Shown here piece by piece: positions 36,568-45,530 of a stretch of DNA of 54,356 nucleotides (the first letter of the stretch is position 1; the number at the start of each line of letters is the position of its first letter). The position numbers were made by a program, and so were the translations under genes. A model generated the notes under the pieces. The model was not told the DNA's origin. It ran no database searches and was given only the letters and a program-made list of their open reading frames with translations. Location: NCBI GenBank assembly GCA_964615725.1, contig CAZTPW010000004.1, positions 1 through 54,356 of the forward strand, written 5' to 3'. This stretch comes from an uncultured Candidatus Saccharibacteria bacterium (lineage in GTDB: Bacteria; Patescibacteriota; Minisyncoccia; Phycocordibacterales; CAZTPW01).

Positions 36568-37467
36568 TTATCTTCCTAAGCCTTTCTGCATAATCTGTGA
36601 TACACCAAGGTTTAGGAGAGCTATCACGATATCATCGAATTCTCGAGCAAGGTTAAGGTTGTCGAGCTCAAGTCCAGTAGCTTTTGAAAGGTTCTGCTCC
36701 ACATAAGTACCAGGTGTTTGAATCTCACCGTTTCGATTGAGAATTGATTTGAAGCCCCTTCCCCAGTCAAGTGTCATCTTTGCTGAGTTTTGTCGCGCAC
36801 TAATTTTTGCTTCAGCTTTTTGCTCGGCAAGAAGGTATGAACCGTAAGGGTTGTTCTGGGTTTGGGCGAGCGAGAACCATCCTGTCCACCCACCATCTTC
36901 GAAATTTCCTTTAATGAAACCGTCAAAGTTTTTCACGATCGATGTGATGGTACAACGAGGAATACTTCGTGATCGGTTTCTCTGGCCAAGGAATGAAAAT
37001 TGAATCTGGATTCGGAACGGATCACATACAAAACCAAGGGCACTTCCATCAATAAGTCGCCCGAGCTCTTCGTCAGCAATATTCATGAAGAATTGCTGGG
37101 GGTTGGTAACGAATGTTGGACCACCTTCGAAACCACGATTGATCCAATCAATAATAGAGCTAACAACCTGATGAATGACCTCTTTTGCTATGTTTTTTAC
37201 GATGGTGTTAAGGTAACATTCTTTGGTATTCAAACCCTTAGTGTAGTTTTGAGTTTGCATCGTCATCTGAAAAACACCAGAGTCAGATACAGGTACGGAT
37301 GTTTGGTTTGTAGAAGGTGTCGGAGTGTTGGGTGGGCAGGAAAGCGCTTCTACACGAGATGGTTGGCTCAACCCTACCGCAATAGGTGTACCAATAAGGA
37401 CAAGAAAAAAGGCAATCGTGAGAAATTTCTTTCCAAAGCTACTTCTAAAAAGAGAGACGGATTTCAT
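36568..37467 (-). CDS. Exported hypothetical protein (T4SS-like cluster)
   Basis: Signal peptide; Cys residues; WINRGFEGGP.FV.NP. Confidence 0.8.
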   Translation of the reverse strand: MKSVSLFRSSFGKKFLTIAFFLVLIGTPIAVGLSQPSRVEALSCPPNTPTPSTNQTSVPVSDSGVFQMTMQTQNYTKGLNTKECYLNTIVKNIAKEVIHQVVSSIIDWINRGFEGGPTFVTNPQQFFMNIADEELGRLIDGSALGFVCDPFRIQIQFSFLGQRNRSRSIPRCTITSIVKNFDGFIKGNFEDGGWTGWFSLAQTQNNPYGSYLLAEQKAEAKISARQNSAKMTLDWGRGFKSILNRNGEIQTPGTYVEQNLSKATGLELDNLNLAREFDDIVIALLNLGVSQIMQKGLGR

Positions 37468-37482
37468 CTCAGTAATTATATA

Positions 37483-38487
37483 TTACTTCATTTCCACCGT
37501 GAAGATATGACCTGGGGACTGTTCATTGAAGACAACACCTTTTTGTGCAAAATACCCAACGAGGCTGTTAAAGGCTGCCGTCATCTGGTCAACATGGACA
37601 CTGTATGGCGTAATGTGTGCAAGCGAAACCACAATATCCTGACCGGCTACAGAAAAACCTTCAATATTTGTGGTAACGGCACTCATAGCATTGATAAAGG
37701 CAAGATGCTTCTCGAGTGCATCCTGTGGTACGGGTATTGCGAGGTAAGCTTTGATTATAGCCTTATAACTAGCCACAATTTCCTTTAAATGACGGGTTTT
37801 TGACCCATCGTCATCACCGTTTTCAGCAATATCACCGAGAAGGGCGAGCTCGTTGTATACCTGTTTTGGAGAGTTTTTCTTTACCGCTATAGCCATGGCG
37901 TCTGCATATGCACGCGCAGCACTTACATCAGAAATAGGGCCTACAATAAGGTTTTTAGCAGTATAAGTCTTGTACTGTATTGTAAGGGTAATCTCGTTGA
38001 TCGCACTATTTAAGATGACTTTTTGGTCCTCATCCGTCAGGTCTGCCCCATTTTTCTTGAGAGATAGGTATTTTATGAAGATACTTCTCCCCAATTTTTG
38101 GGTAGTGTTAAGGTTTTTTACATCCCCTATTGCTGTCTCGGAGATATCTCGAGACGAGTTGCCTTGACGCTTGTCGTTTGGACCTTTTACACGAGGGTCT
38201 CGATCTGAATTAACCTCAGCGCCATCTTTTGTGCCATCTTTGTCCGTATCTGGGTTTTGAGGGTCAGTGCCCCAAATGGTTTCCTCCCAATCCTTAAGGC
38301 CATCATTGTCAGAATCAGTGTTCTGAAGAGTCGATTCAATACCAATAAGAGGTGTTTCCTCCCTAGTGATTGAGGTTTGAGCGCTATTTTCACCCGCAAT
38401 CGGTCGATATTTTGTTATGTAGACAATTGAGCCAAGCACCACAACCACAAGTGCCGCGAAGAGAATTCTTTTTGAAACAAATTTCAT
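37483..38487 (-). CDS. Membrane-anchored protein with thrombospondin type 3-like Ca-binding repeats
   Basis: DSDNDGLKDWEE..GTDPQNPDTDKDGTKDG.EV; N-terminal TM segment. Confidence 0.82.
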   Translation of the reverse strand: MKFVSKRILFAALVVVVLGSIVYITKYRPIAGENSAQTSITREETPLIGIESTLQNTDSDNDGLKDWEETIWGTDPQNPDTDKDGTKDGAEVNSDRDPRVKGPNDKRQGNSSRDISETAIGDVKNLNTTQKLGRSIFIKYLSLKKNGADLTDEDQKVILNSAINEITLTIQYKTYTAKNLIVGPISDVSAARAYADAMAIAVKKNSPKQVYNELALLGDIAENGDDDGSKTRHLKEIVASYKAIIKAYLAIPVPQDALEKHLAFINAMSAVTTNIEGFSVAGQDIVVSLAHITPYSVHVDQMTAAFNSLVGYFAQKGVVFNEQSPGHIFTVEMK

Positions 38488-38536
38488 CTTAAAAGTATAC
38501 CACCTCCTTATTACTGCATGATATACTTTTATACAC

Positions 38537-39586
38537 ATGATGTTTTCTCATCTATTCCGAAAAATCTCCCTCATATGTTTGTTTGTAAGTGGTTGCGTCC
38601 TACTCTTCCCTATTTCCTGGGTTTCTGCAGCGACCGGACCCTTTGCAGGAGATCTTTCTTTTGGTCAAACGAGCGATGACGTAATCCTTCTCCAAAAAAT
38701 ACTCAACGCTGATCGTGACACACAAGTTGCGGAGAGTGGTCCTGGATCTTTAGGAAATGAAACTCGATACTTTGGACGTGCAACCCGAAATGCAGTGATT
38801 CGTTTCCAAAATAAATATGCACGAGATATTCTCATACCAGCCGGACTTGTGCGTGGTACTGGGTATGTGGGTGTGCGCACTCGACAAAAAATGCAACTTT
38901 TAAGCACACCTACGCAATTACCAAAGAATCAAGATGATATGAAACCAAAGACTGATGCCACTGATGCTATTGCGGCATATTTCGGTTTTCAATTTCGAGA
39001 ATCTCTGTCGGTGCTTCGCATTGTCGGTCAGTCTTCTGAGGTTGTTAGAAAGGGCGACACTCTAACACTCTTCGGTAGCGGATTCGACACCACATCGAAC
39101 ACAATCCATTTTGGTGAGTTGGTAACAGTTCAGGCCGCAGCACAGAGCACATCGAAACTTTCTTTTCAGATCCCCGACTCAGTTCCGCCAGGAAAGTATT
39201 CTCTCAAGGTATCGCATTCTCAAGGTACGACAGATTCATCTCGTGTAATTGTTGTGCTCGATCGCGATGTGCAGCTCACACCACCAAAGATCACCTTCCT
39301 TTCTCCTGAGGTGGGCCGTATTGGTACCGAGATCGTTATTACCGGTGAAAATTTTTCGGCATTGAATGACATTCGTACAACCTACGCCTATTTCCCAAAT
39401 GTACCATCACTCGATGGAAAAACGATCCGCTTTACCTATACAAAACCAGAGTTCGCAAATCTTCAGGCTATGAAAACAGCAGGAAAAAAAGTCGCTGACC
39501 TCGACATTCCATTCTATGTTACTATTGTGAATGCAAACGGTGTTTCATCTCAAGGAAAAAAATTTACACTTCAAATACGAAAATGA
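38537..39586 (+). CDS. Peptidoglycan-binding domain + IPT/TIG domain surface protein
   Basis: LSFGQ.SDDV..LQKILN...YFG.ATRNAVIRFQ (PG_binding_1-like); two IPT/TIG-like segments. Confidence 0.82.
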   Translation: MMFSHLFRKISLICLFVSGCVLLFPISWVSAATGPFAGDLSFGQTSDDVILLQKILNADRDTQVAESGPGSLGNETRYFGRATRNAVIRFQNKYARDILIPAGLVRGTGYVGVRTRQKMQLLSTPTQLPKNQDDMKPKTDATDAIAAYFGFQFRESLSVLRIVGQSSEVVRKGDTLTLFGSGFDTTSNTIHFGELVTVQAAAQSTSKLSFQIPDSVPPGKYSLKVSHSQGTTDSSRVIVVLDRDVQLTPPKITFLSPEVGRIGTEIVITGENFSALNDIRTTYAYFPNVPSLDGKTIRFTYTKPEFANLQAMKTAGKKVADLDIPFYVTIVNANGVSSQGKKFTLQIRK

Positions 39587-39999
39587 AACGAACCATACTC
39601 CTAGCAATTTTAATGAGCGCCGCGCTTATCACAGGAGCGTTCATCGCAAGTAAAAAGACGCAAGCACAAAGCGCAAGCGGCCTAAGGGCTTTTGGTGGGC
39701 AGATCACAAACACACAGTATTGCTGTAACGGAATTATTTTGACAGTATCTGGTCAATATGGCGGCGAATTTTTTATCGACTATGCAAGTATTGCAATACC
39801 AACAATCAATTACGCAAACTACCAAGTTTACTATGGCCAAAGTCAGTACACACTCGGAAATGCATCATCTGGCGGGGTGTGCGTTACCACGAGCTCTGAG
39901 TGCGAGAGTTCACAGACTGTTTCGGGTGGAAATATTGTTCAAATCGGAACAGGATATCCAGGTGGAAGCTCAGGGGGTGGTGATGGCGGAGGAAATTAG
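39583..39999 (+). CDS. Small secreted Cys-containing protein
   Basis: Signal peptide; FGGQI...CC...GGVC...C; Gly-rich tail. Confidence 0.78.
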   Translation: MKRTILLAILMSAALITGAFIASKKTQAQSASGLRAFGGQITNTQYCCNGIILTVSGQYGGEFFIDYASIAIPTINYANYQVYYGQSQYTLGNASSGGVCVTTSSECESSQTVSGGNIVQIGTGYPGGSSGGGDGGGN

Positions 40000-40793
40000 G
40001 CTTTTTGTGTGAGGAAATGATAGATTGATCCCCATTGCTCGACCGAAACTTCTTCAGGTCGAGTGTTTTTGTGGGTTTTTGTTGCAACAAAGAACGCTTC
40101 CCGCTTTTCTTGGGCCACTTCAAGGTTTTGACAGAGTACTTTACGCTTATGAGCAAAACCCTTTCGAAGCATCGCAAAAAATGTTTCCTCGTCAATTTCT
40201 TTGAAAAAGATTTTTGAAATATTTTCAATGAGGAGAATTGCAGAGTCTACTTTTGGCGCAGGTGCAAAATATTTTGCGGGAACTTTTTCTATGTATTTCG
40301 GATTACCATATACTTTTACACTGATTGACAGGAGGCTCTCTTTTTTATCTGAGGCCACAATACGTTGCGCTACCTCTTTTTGTACCATAAGGACCATTCG
40401 TTTTGGCTGAATGGTTTCTGAAAGAAAGCGACGGATGATAAGCCCGGTAATGTAGTATGGAATATTTGCGACCAGGGTGTATTCTCCTTGCTTTAGGCCG
40501 AGGTTGGGTGGATCAATTTCGAGGATATCACCATGAACGATCTCAAGTTTTTTATTTTGAAGGGCTTGTGCAAACTTTTCTGTGAGAAATGGGATCATGC
40601 GATCGTCCTTTTCTACAACAAGAGTTTTTGCGGAGTGTTCTATTAAACCTTCTGTGAGAATTCCCTTTCCCGGACCAATTTCAAGTGCAATGTCATTTTC
40701 TGACAAACTTGCAGTCTGAATAATGGTACGTACGGCACCTTTTGATTTGAGGAAATTTTGGCCGAGAGATTTTTTCGCGTAGAGGTGGTCCAT
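39996..40793 (-). CDS. rsmA: 16S rRNA m6,2A dimethyltransferase
   Basis: AKKSLGQNFL, LEIGPGKG, ANIPYYIT, MVQKEVA, PAPKVDS. Confidence 0.97.
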   Translation of the reverse strand: MDHLYAKKSLGQNFLKSKGAVRTIIQTASLSENDIALEIGPGKGILTEGLIEHSAKTLVVEKDDRMIPFLTEKFAQALQNKKLEIVHGDILEIDPPNLGLKQGEYTLVANIPYYITGLIIRRFLSETIQPKRMVLMVQKEVAQRIVASDKKESLLSISVKVYGNPKYIEKVPAKYFAPAPKVDSAILLIENISKIFFKEIDEETFFAMLRKGFAHKRKVLCQNLEVAQEKREAFFVATKTHKNTRPEEVSVEQWGSIYHFLTQKA

Positions 40794-42749
40794 TTAATCA
40801 AAGAAAATGAGTCGTTCCTTACCCTTGTATTCACCAGTATCGTGGAGGAGGTGCTCCGAAAGGTTTTCATCAATATCCCCAAGGAATTCTGATGGAATGT
40901 TCATTCTTCGTGAGCCAAATATAGTACGAATACCAGCGTAGGTCAAAAAGAGTCGTTTTTTTGCGCGCGTTACCGCCACATAGAAAAGTCGTCGCTCCTC
41001 CTCAGCCTCTTCTTGGCTTAGTGAATTTTCATCAAGCCTTTTGTGTGGGAAAAGGTCTTCCTCGAGGCCAGTAATGAAAACATATTCGAATTCAAGACCT
41101 TTTGATGCGTGAATCGTCATAAGGCGCGCGGCATCACGCTTTTCCTCGAGCTCATCTTGATCGGATTGGAGGGCAGCTTCTTCAAGAAGCTTTTCGATAC
41201 CCTGAGGTGCTGGGAGAAGGTCGTATTTTGTAGCAAGGGTCACAAGCTCTTGGAGGTTTTCAATTCGTTCAAGGTCTTCTTCGGTTCCCGACTCTTTGAA
41301 ACTTCGTTCAATGCCCGATGCCCGCATAGCATAAAGAACAACCGATGAGGTTTTTTCTTCTTGTGCAAGTCTTTTGATTTCGCTGAGAATTGTATAAAAG
41401 GAAGAGATTTTGTCTCGGGTGGCACCGGTTATCTGGTCCTTTTGACCGCTGAAAAGTTTTACGATAGTTACCTTCCCAATTCCACGCGCAGGAGTGTTGA
41501 TGATGCGCTTGATATCCGTGAGAGATTCTGGGTTGAGTGCAGCGCGAATGTATGAAAGGACATCCTTCACTTCCTTTCTCTCGAAGAACTTTGTACCGAG
41601 AAGCTGGTAAGGAACATTTTGAGAGAGAAATGCTTCTTCAAGGACGCGCGACTGGAAGTTTGCTCGATAGAGCACGGCAATTTCCTGTGGTCGTACCCCA
41701 GAAGCAATAAGCTCTTTTGTTTTTGTAGCAATAAAGTGTGCCTCAGAACCCTCATCGTATCCTTCAAAAATACCAATCTTCTCCCCTTGCCCGTTATGTG
41801 TGAAGAGGTTTTTTTCTCGGCGCTTCTTGTTTTTCTTGATAATGGTGTTTGCTGTGGTGAGGATGGTTTGGGTCGATCGATAATTTTCCTCGAGGGTTAT
41901 TACCTTTGCATCGGGATAATCTTTTTCGAAATCCAGAATGTTCTTGATATCAGCACCACGCCAGCTGTAGATGTTTTGATCGATATCCCCCACTACGCAA
42001 ATAGCCCGGTTTTTTTCTGCGAGCAGTTTTGCGATCATATACTGGACTTTGTTGGTGTCCTGATACTCATCAATGTGAATGTAGTCCCAAGTATTTTGGT
42101 AGTGCTCGAGGATTTCTTTGTGGTCGCGAAGCAGGAGTGCTGTTTTAAGGAGAAGGTCGTCAAAATCCATCGCCTGCTCCCGGCGCAAGGTCGCCTCATA
42201 TTTTTTCCAGATGCTTGAAACAATGTTTGAAAAGTATTCGGAATTCGTAAGGGATTCAAATTTTTCGACACTAACCATATTTCCCTTCTCGCGAGAGATG
42301 ACGCGAAGGATTTTTGCGGGTTCAAACTGCTTTGGGTCGAGCCCCGAGTCAACAATTGCTTCCTTAATTGCGCGGAGCGAGTCGTTCCTATCATAGAGTG
42401 AGAAGTGTCGGGTGAGGCCGAAGATTCGCGCATTTTCCTTGAGAATATGCATACCAAGTGAGTGAAAGGTGCTTACAAATGGGCGCTCATGGAAGCTGAT
42501 CGGATTTTGTAGGCTTGTGTCGTGTTCAATGAGATGGGCAATACGCTCACGCATTTCCTTAGCGGCTTTGTTGGTAAAGGTGATCGCTAGGATTTTTTGC
42601 GGCGCCACTCCTTGGTGGATAAGGTGGAGTATTCGGTGGGTAACCGTCTTTGTCTTGCCTGCCCCAGCCCCTGCCAATATCAAAAGCGGCCCTGACAAGG
42701 TGATAACCGCTTCTTTTTGAGCGTTATTGAGTGAATCGAGGTAATTCAT
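40794..42749 (-). CDS. pcrA: UvrD/PcrA superfamily 1 helicase
   Basis: AGAGAGKT, TFTNKAA, DEYQDTN, VGDIDQ, ENYRS, TIHASKGLEF, EERRLFYVAVTRA. Confidence 0.95.
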   Translation of the reverse strand: MNYLDSLNNAQKEAVITLSGPLLILAGAGAGKTKTVTHRILHLIHQGVAPQKILAITFTNKAAKEMRERIAHLIEHDTSLQNPISFHERPFVSTFHSLGMHILKENARIFGLTRHFSLYDRNDSLRAIKEAIVDSGLDPKQFEPAKILRVISREKGNMVSVEKFESLTNSEYFSNIVSSIWKKYEATLRREQAMDFDDLLLKTALLLRDHKEILEHYQNTWDYIHIDEYQDTNKVQYMIAKLLAEKNRAICVVGDIDQNIYSWRGADIKNILDFEKDYPDAKVITLEENYRSTQTILTTANTIIKKNKKRREKNLFTHNGQGEKIGIFEGYDEGSEAHFIATKTKELIASGVRPQEIAVLYRANFQSRVLEEAFLSQNVPYQLLGTKFFERKEVKDVLSYIRAALNPESLTDIKRIINTPARGIGKVTIVKLFSGQKDQITGATRDKISSFYTILSEIKRLAQEEKTSSVVLYAMRASGIERSFKESGTEEDLERIENLQELVTLATKYDLLPAPQGIEKLLEEAALQSDQDELEEKRDAARLMTIHASKGLEFEYVFITGLEEDLFPHKRLDENSLSQEEAEEERRLFYVAVTRAKKRLFLTYAGIRTIFGSRRMNIPSEFLGDIDENLSEHLLHDTGEYKGKERLIFFD

Positions 42750-42867
42750 TGACACTACTATAGCATGTAAACACTATCCCCATCTTTTCCCCACTACCGT
42801 TGACTTTAAAACCCTGTGGGCTAAACTTTACTGGCTCCTCTTTTTCTAGGGGTTGGTGACAGTAAAT

Positions 42868-43989
42868 ATGGCTCAACAGAGCCATTCTATGGACAGAAAC
42901 GCTAAAAAACCTAATACTAGCAACGCTTTTTCGGAATTCAATCGAATCCCAACAAAAAGTGTCCATCACCCTTCCCTTCGGGTTGTTATGTCTATGGCTC
43001 TATTGAGCCTTATTTTGGTGTCTTCTCCAGTGAAGGCGGCACAATTTAGCTTCTTTTCAGATCTTTTGGCTGCAAATGGTGAGGCTATGGAAATCGACAC
43101 CCGGGTCAATTCTCAGAATATGCCGCTCTTGACAGCTACCCCAAATCCTTCTCTAGCATCAAAGCGTACGAGCGAAGCCACCTATATTTCAGGTAATTCC
43201 CTAGCGGTGGTGACCGGCCCGCTTGGGACGATGAGTGATGTTGAGGAATACCCGTGGAACCACCAGATTACTTTCTATACTGTTCGCGAGAATGATACCC
43301 TCTCTGGAATTGCTGAGATGTTTGATGTCTCGGTAAGTACCATTTTAATGGCAAACGATATCGATAAGGGTATCAAAAAGGGCGGCGTGCTCGTTATTTT
43401 GCCTGTCTCGGGTGTACTCCATACAATTAAGGCAGGAGATACTATCAAATCGATCGCTGCGAAATATAAGATTGATGAAGATGAAATCCTCTCTTTCAAC
43501 GATCTCGATAAAAGCTCGAAACTTACTCCCGGTACAACTATTACTATTCCCGATGCTGACCTTGCCCAAACGGCTCCTAAGACCCAAAAGCGAACCAGTG
43601 TATCTCGCCCACTGGTAAAGGGATCAGCCTCAGGTCCATATATACCAGGGTATTTTATTAAACCTGTAGCGGGTGTCCGTACTCAAGGCCTTCACGGACG
43701 AAATGCGGTAGATATTGGTGCTCCAATAAGTTCACCTATCTGGGCAGCGGCTGATGGAACGGTTGTTGTTGCAAAACGTGCTGGTTGGAACAATACCTAT
43801 GGTAATTATGTTGTAATTTCACACCCAAACAACACACAAACCCTCTATGCGCACATGTCAAAGGTAAATGTTTCTGTGGGCGATGAGGTGTTCCAGGGCG
43901 ACACAATCGGGTATGTCGGTATGACTGGACATACAACCGGGCCGCATGTTCATTTTGAAGTATTGAACGCCGCGAATCCGTTTAGATAA
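42868..43989 (+). CDS. LysM-domain M23 peptidase
   Basis: Two LysM repeats; HGRNAVDIGA (HxxxD) and HVHFE; promoter TTGACT-16-TAAACT at 42800-42827. Confidence 0.92.
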   Translation: MAQQSHSMDRNAKKPNTSNAFSEFNRIPTKSVHHPSLRVVMSMALLSLILVSSPVKAAQFSFFSDLLAANGEAMEIDTRVNSQNMPLLTATPNPSLASKRTSEATYISGNSLAVVTGPLGTMSDVEEYPWNHQITFYTVRENDTLSGIAEMFDVSVSTILMANDIDKGIKKGGVLVILPVSGVLHTIKAGDTIKSIAAKYKIDEDEILSFNDLDKSSKLTPGTTITIPDADLAQTAPKTQKRTSVSRPLVKGSASGPYIPGYFIKPVAGVRTQGLHGRNAVDIGAPISSPIWAAADGTVVVAKRAGWNNTYGNYVVISHPNNTQTLYAHMSKVNVSVGDEVFQGDTIGYVGMTGHTTGPHVHFEVLNAANPFR

Positions 43990-45435
43990 TTACCAGCGAT
44001 CCCTCTCGTGCAGTTCCACCGCTTCCTTGAGGTGGTGGTTTTTAATTTCCTCAGATTGCTCCAAGTCAGCAATAGCCCGCGCTATTTTTATAACGGAGAT
44101 ACGAGAGCGTTCGGACAGGTGATGTTTTCCTGATGAAAACAAGGCTTCAATACGAGGATCTTGTCTGTCTATCGAGGATAAATGGTGTAGTCTGCGCTGT
44201 GCAAATACCCGAGCGGCGGTAACTTTTTGCCGTACCTCTATCGAGCTCTCAGGACCACCTTTATGCTTATCTTCAGTATCACTAACCTTAAGTACAAGGT
44301 CAATTCTATCGAGAATAGGTCCCGAAATTTTCCGTAAGTATTTTTTGACACTGTTGTTGGGACATATGCATCGCCTTGTCTCTGATTGATAATAGCCACA
44401 AGGACAAGGATTCATTGTTGCGCAGAGAATAAAATTTCTCCCCGCCCCTGACCCCTTTACTGGATCGAGAGGCTCGCGCATACTCTCGAGTACTCTTCGG
44501 TCAAATTCTGGAAATTCATCTAAAATCAAAATACCGTGATTGGTAAGATCAATTTCACCAATTCTTCCTTGGCTATTTCCCATGATCGCCGCATATGATG
44601 CGGTGTGGTGCGGGTATCGCTTCGGTGGCCTGTTGGGTGTTGGTGGTGGGATCTGGGAGCGTGAATACATAGAGCAGACCATGTTGTAGTGATCCTTTGG
44701 TAAATCAGGTAATATTTCAGCAAAGCAGTGAGCTAAAAAGCTTTTTCCAACACCCGGCTCGCCCCAGAGCAAAACATGGAGATTCCCTACCGCAGCAATC
44801 ATAAGGGCTCGCTTTTCGTAATTCTTCCCCTGGATCTTTTTGAAATCATAGAACTTTTCATGCACCAAGGGTAAAAAATCCCTCTCAACCTCACCTGTGT
44901 GATGGGGTAGAACTTTTTCACCATTGAGATGCTGCACAACTTCACTAAGATGGGAGACGAGATAGATCTCGGTATTTTGGAGGGTGCCTATATCAGCCTT
45001 ATTTTCACGAGGTATGTACGCAACACATCTTTTTTGAGAAGATATTTTTTCAAGAATGGAGAATACGTTTGGAACTTTTCGAATCTTCCCATCGAGTGAT
45101 AACTCACCAAGAAACACCTTCCCCTCGACATTGCCACGAATCTCTGAAGCTGCTCTCAGGTACCCTACTGCAAGAGCTAAATCAAAACCCGATCCTTCTT
45201 TACGGATAGCGGACGGTAGTAATGAAATGGTGATTTTATGATTGTGGGTTTTGGGAGAGCGGAAGCCGGAGTTTTTTATTGCAGATGAAACTCGCTCCCT
45301 CGCTTCATGAACACCCTTATCGACCATACCAACGATTGAAAACATATGAAGTCCTCGACTTATGTCGGTCTCAATCTCAATAATATGAACCCCATCTCTA
45401 CTAGCCTGACCACTCAAAAGTTTTGAGAACTTCAT
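43990..45435 (-). CDS. comM: YifB/ComM Mg-chelatase-like AAA+ ATPase
   Basis: GLHMFSIVG, EARERV, GELSLDG, GEPGVGKS, PHHTAS, LDEFPEF, NPCPCG, ISGPILDRID. Confidence 0.88.
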   Translation of the reverse strand: MKFSKLLSGQASRDGVHIIEIETDISRGLHMFSIVGMVDKGVHEARERVSSAIKNSGFRSPKTHNHKITISLLPSAIRKEGSGFDLALAVGYLRAASEIRGNVEGKVFLGELSLDGKIRKVPNVFSILEKISSQKRCVAYIPRENKADIGTLQNTEIYLVSHLSEVVQHLNGEKVLPHHTGEVERDFLPLVHEKFYDFKKIQGKNYEKRALMIAAVGNLHVLLWGEPGVGKSFLAHCFAEILPDLPKDHYNMVCSMYSRSQIPPPTPNRPPKRYPHHTASYAAIMGNSQGRIGEIDLTNHGILILDEFPEFDRRVLESMREPLDPVKGSGAGRNFILCATMNPCPCGYYQSETRRCICPNNSVKKYLRKISGPILDRIDLVLKVSDTEDKHKGGPESSIEVRQKVTAARVFAQRRLHHLSSIDRQDPRIEALFSSGKHHLSERSRISVIKIARAIADLEQSEEIKNHHLKEAVELHERDRW

Positions 45436-45494
45436 GAGATAAGTGTAGCGAATCACGCATCAAAGCTTTTTCAAAGCAAAATCAATTTTTTCTC

Positions 45495-45530
45495 AAAAAA
45501 AGATAAACCCCTCATAAAGAGGGGTTTATC
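45495..45530 (-). terminator. Intrinsic terminator
   Basis: GATAAACCCCTC-ATAAA-GAGGGGTTTATC 12-bp stem plus minus-strand T-run. Confidence 0.8.

Noticed and set aside
37000-37788. 262-aa plus-strand ORF
   Set aside because: Lies fully antisense to two well-formed genes; no start signals or recognisable motifs.
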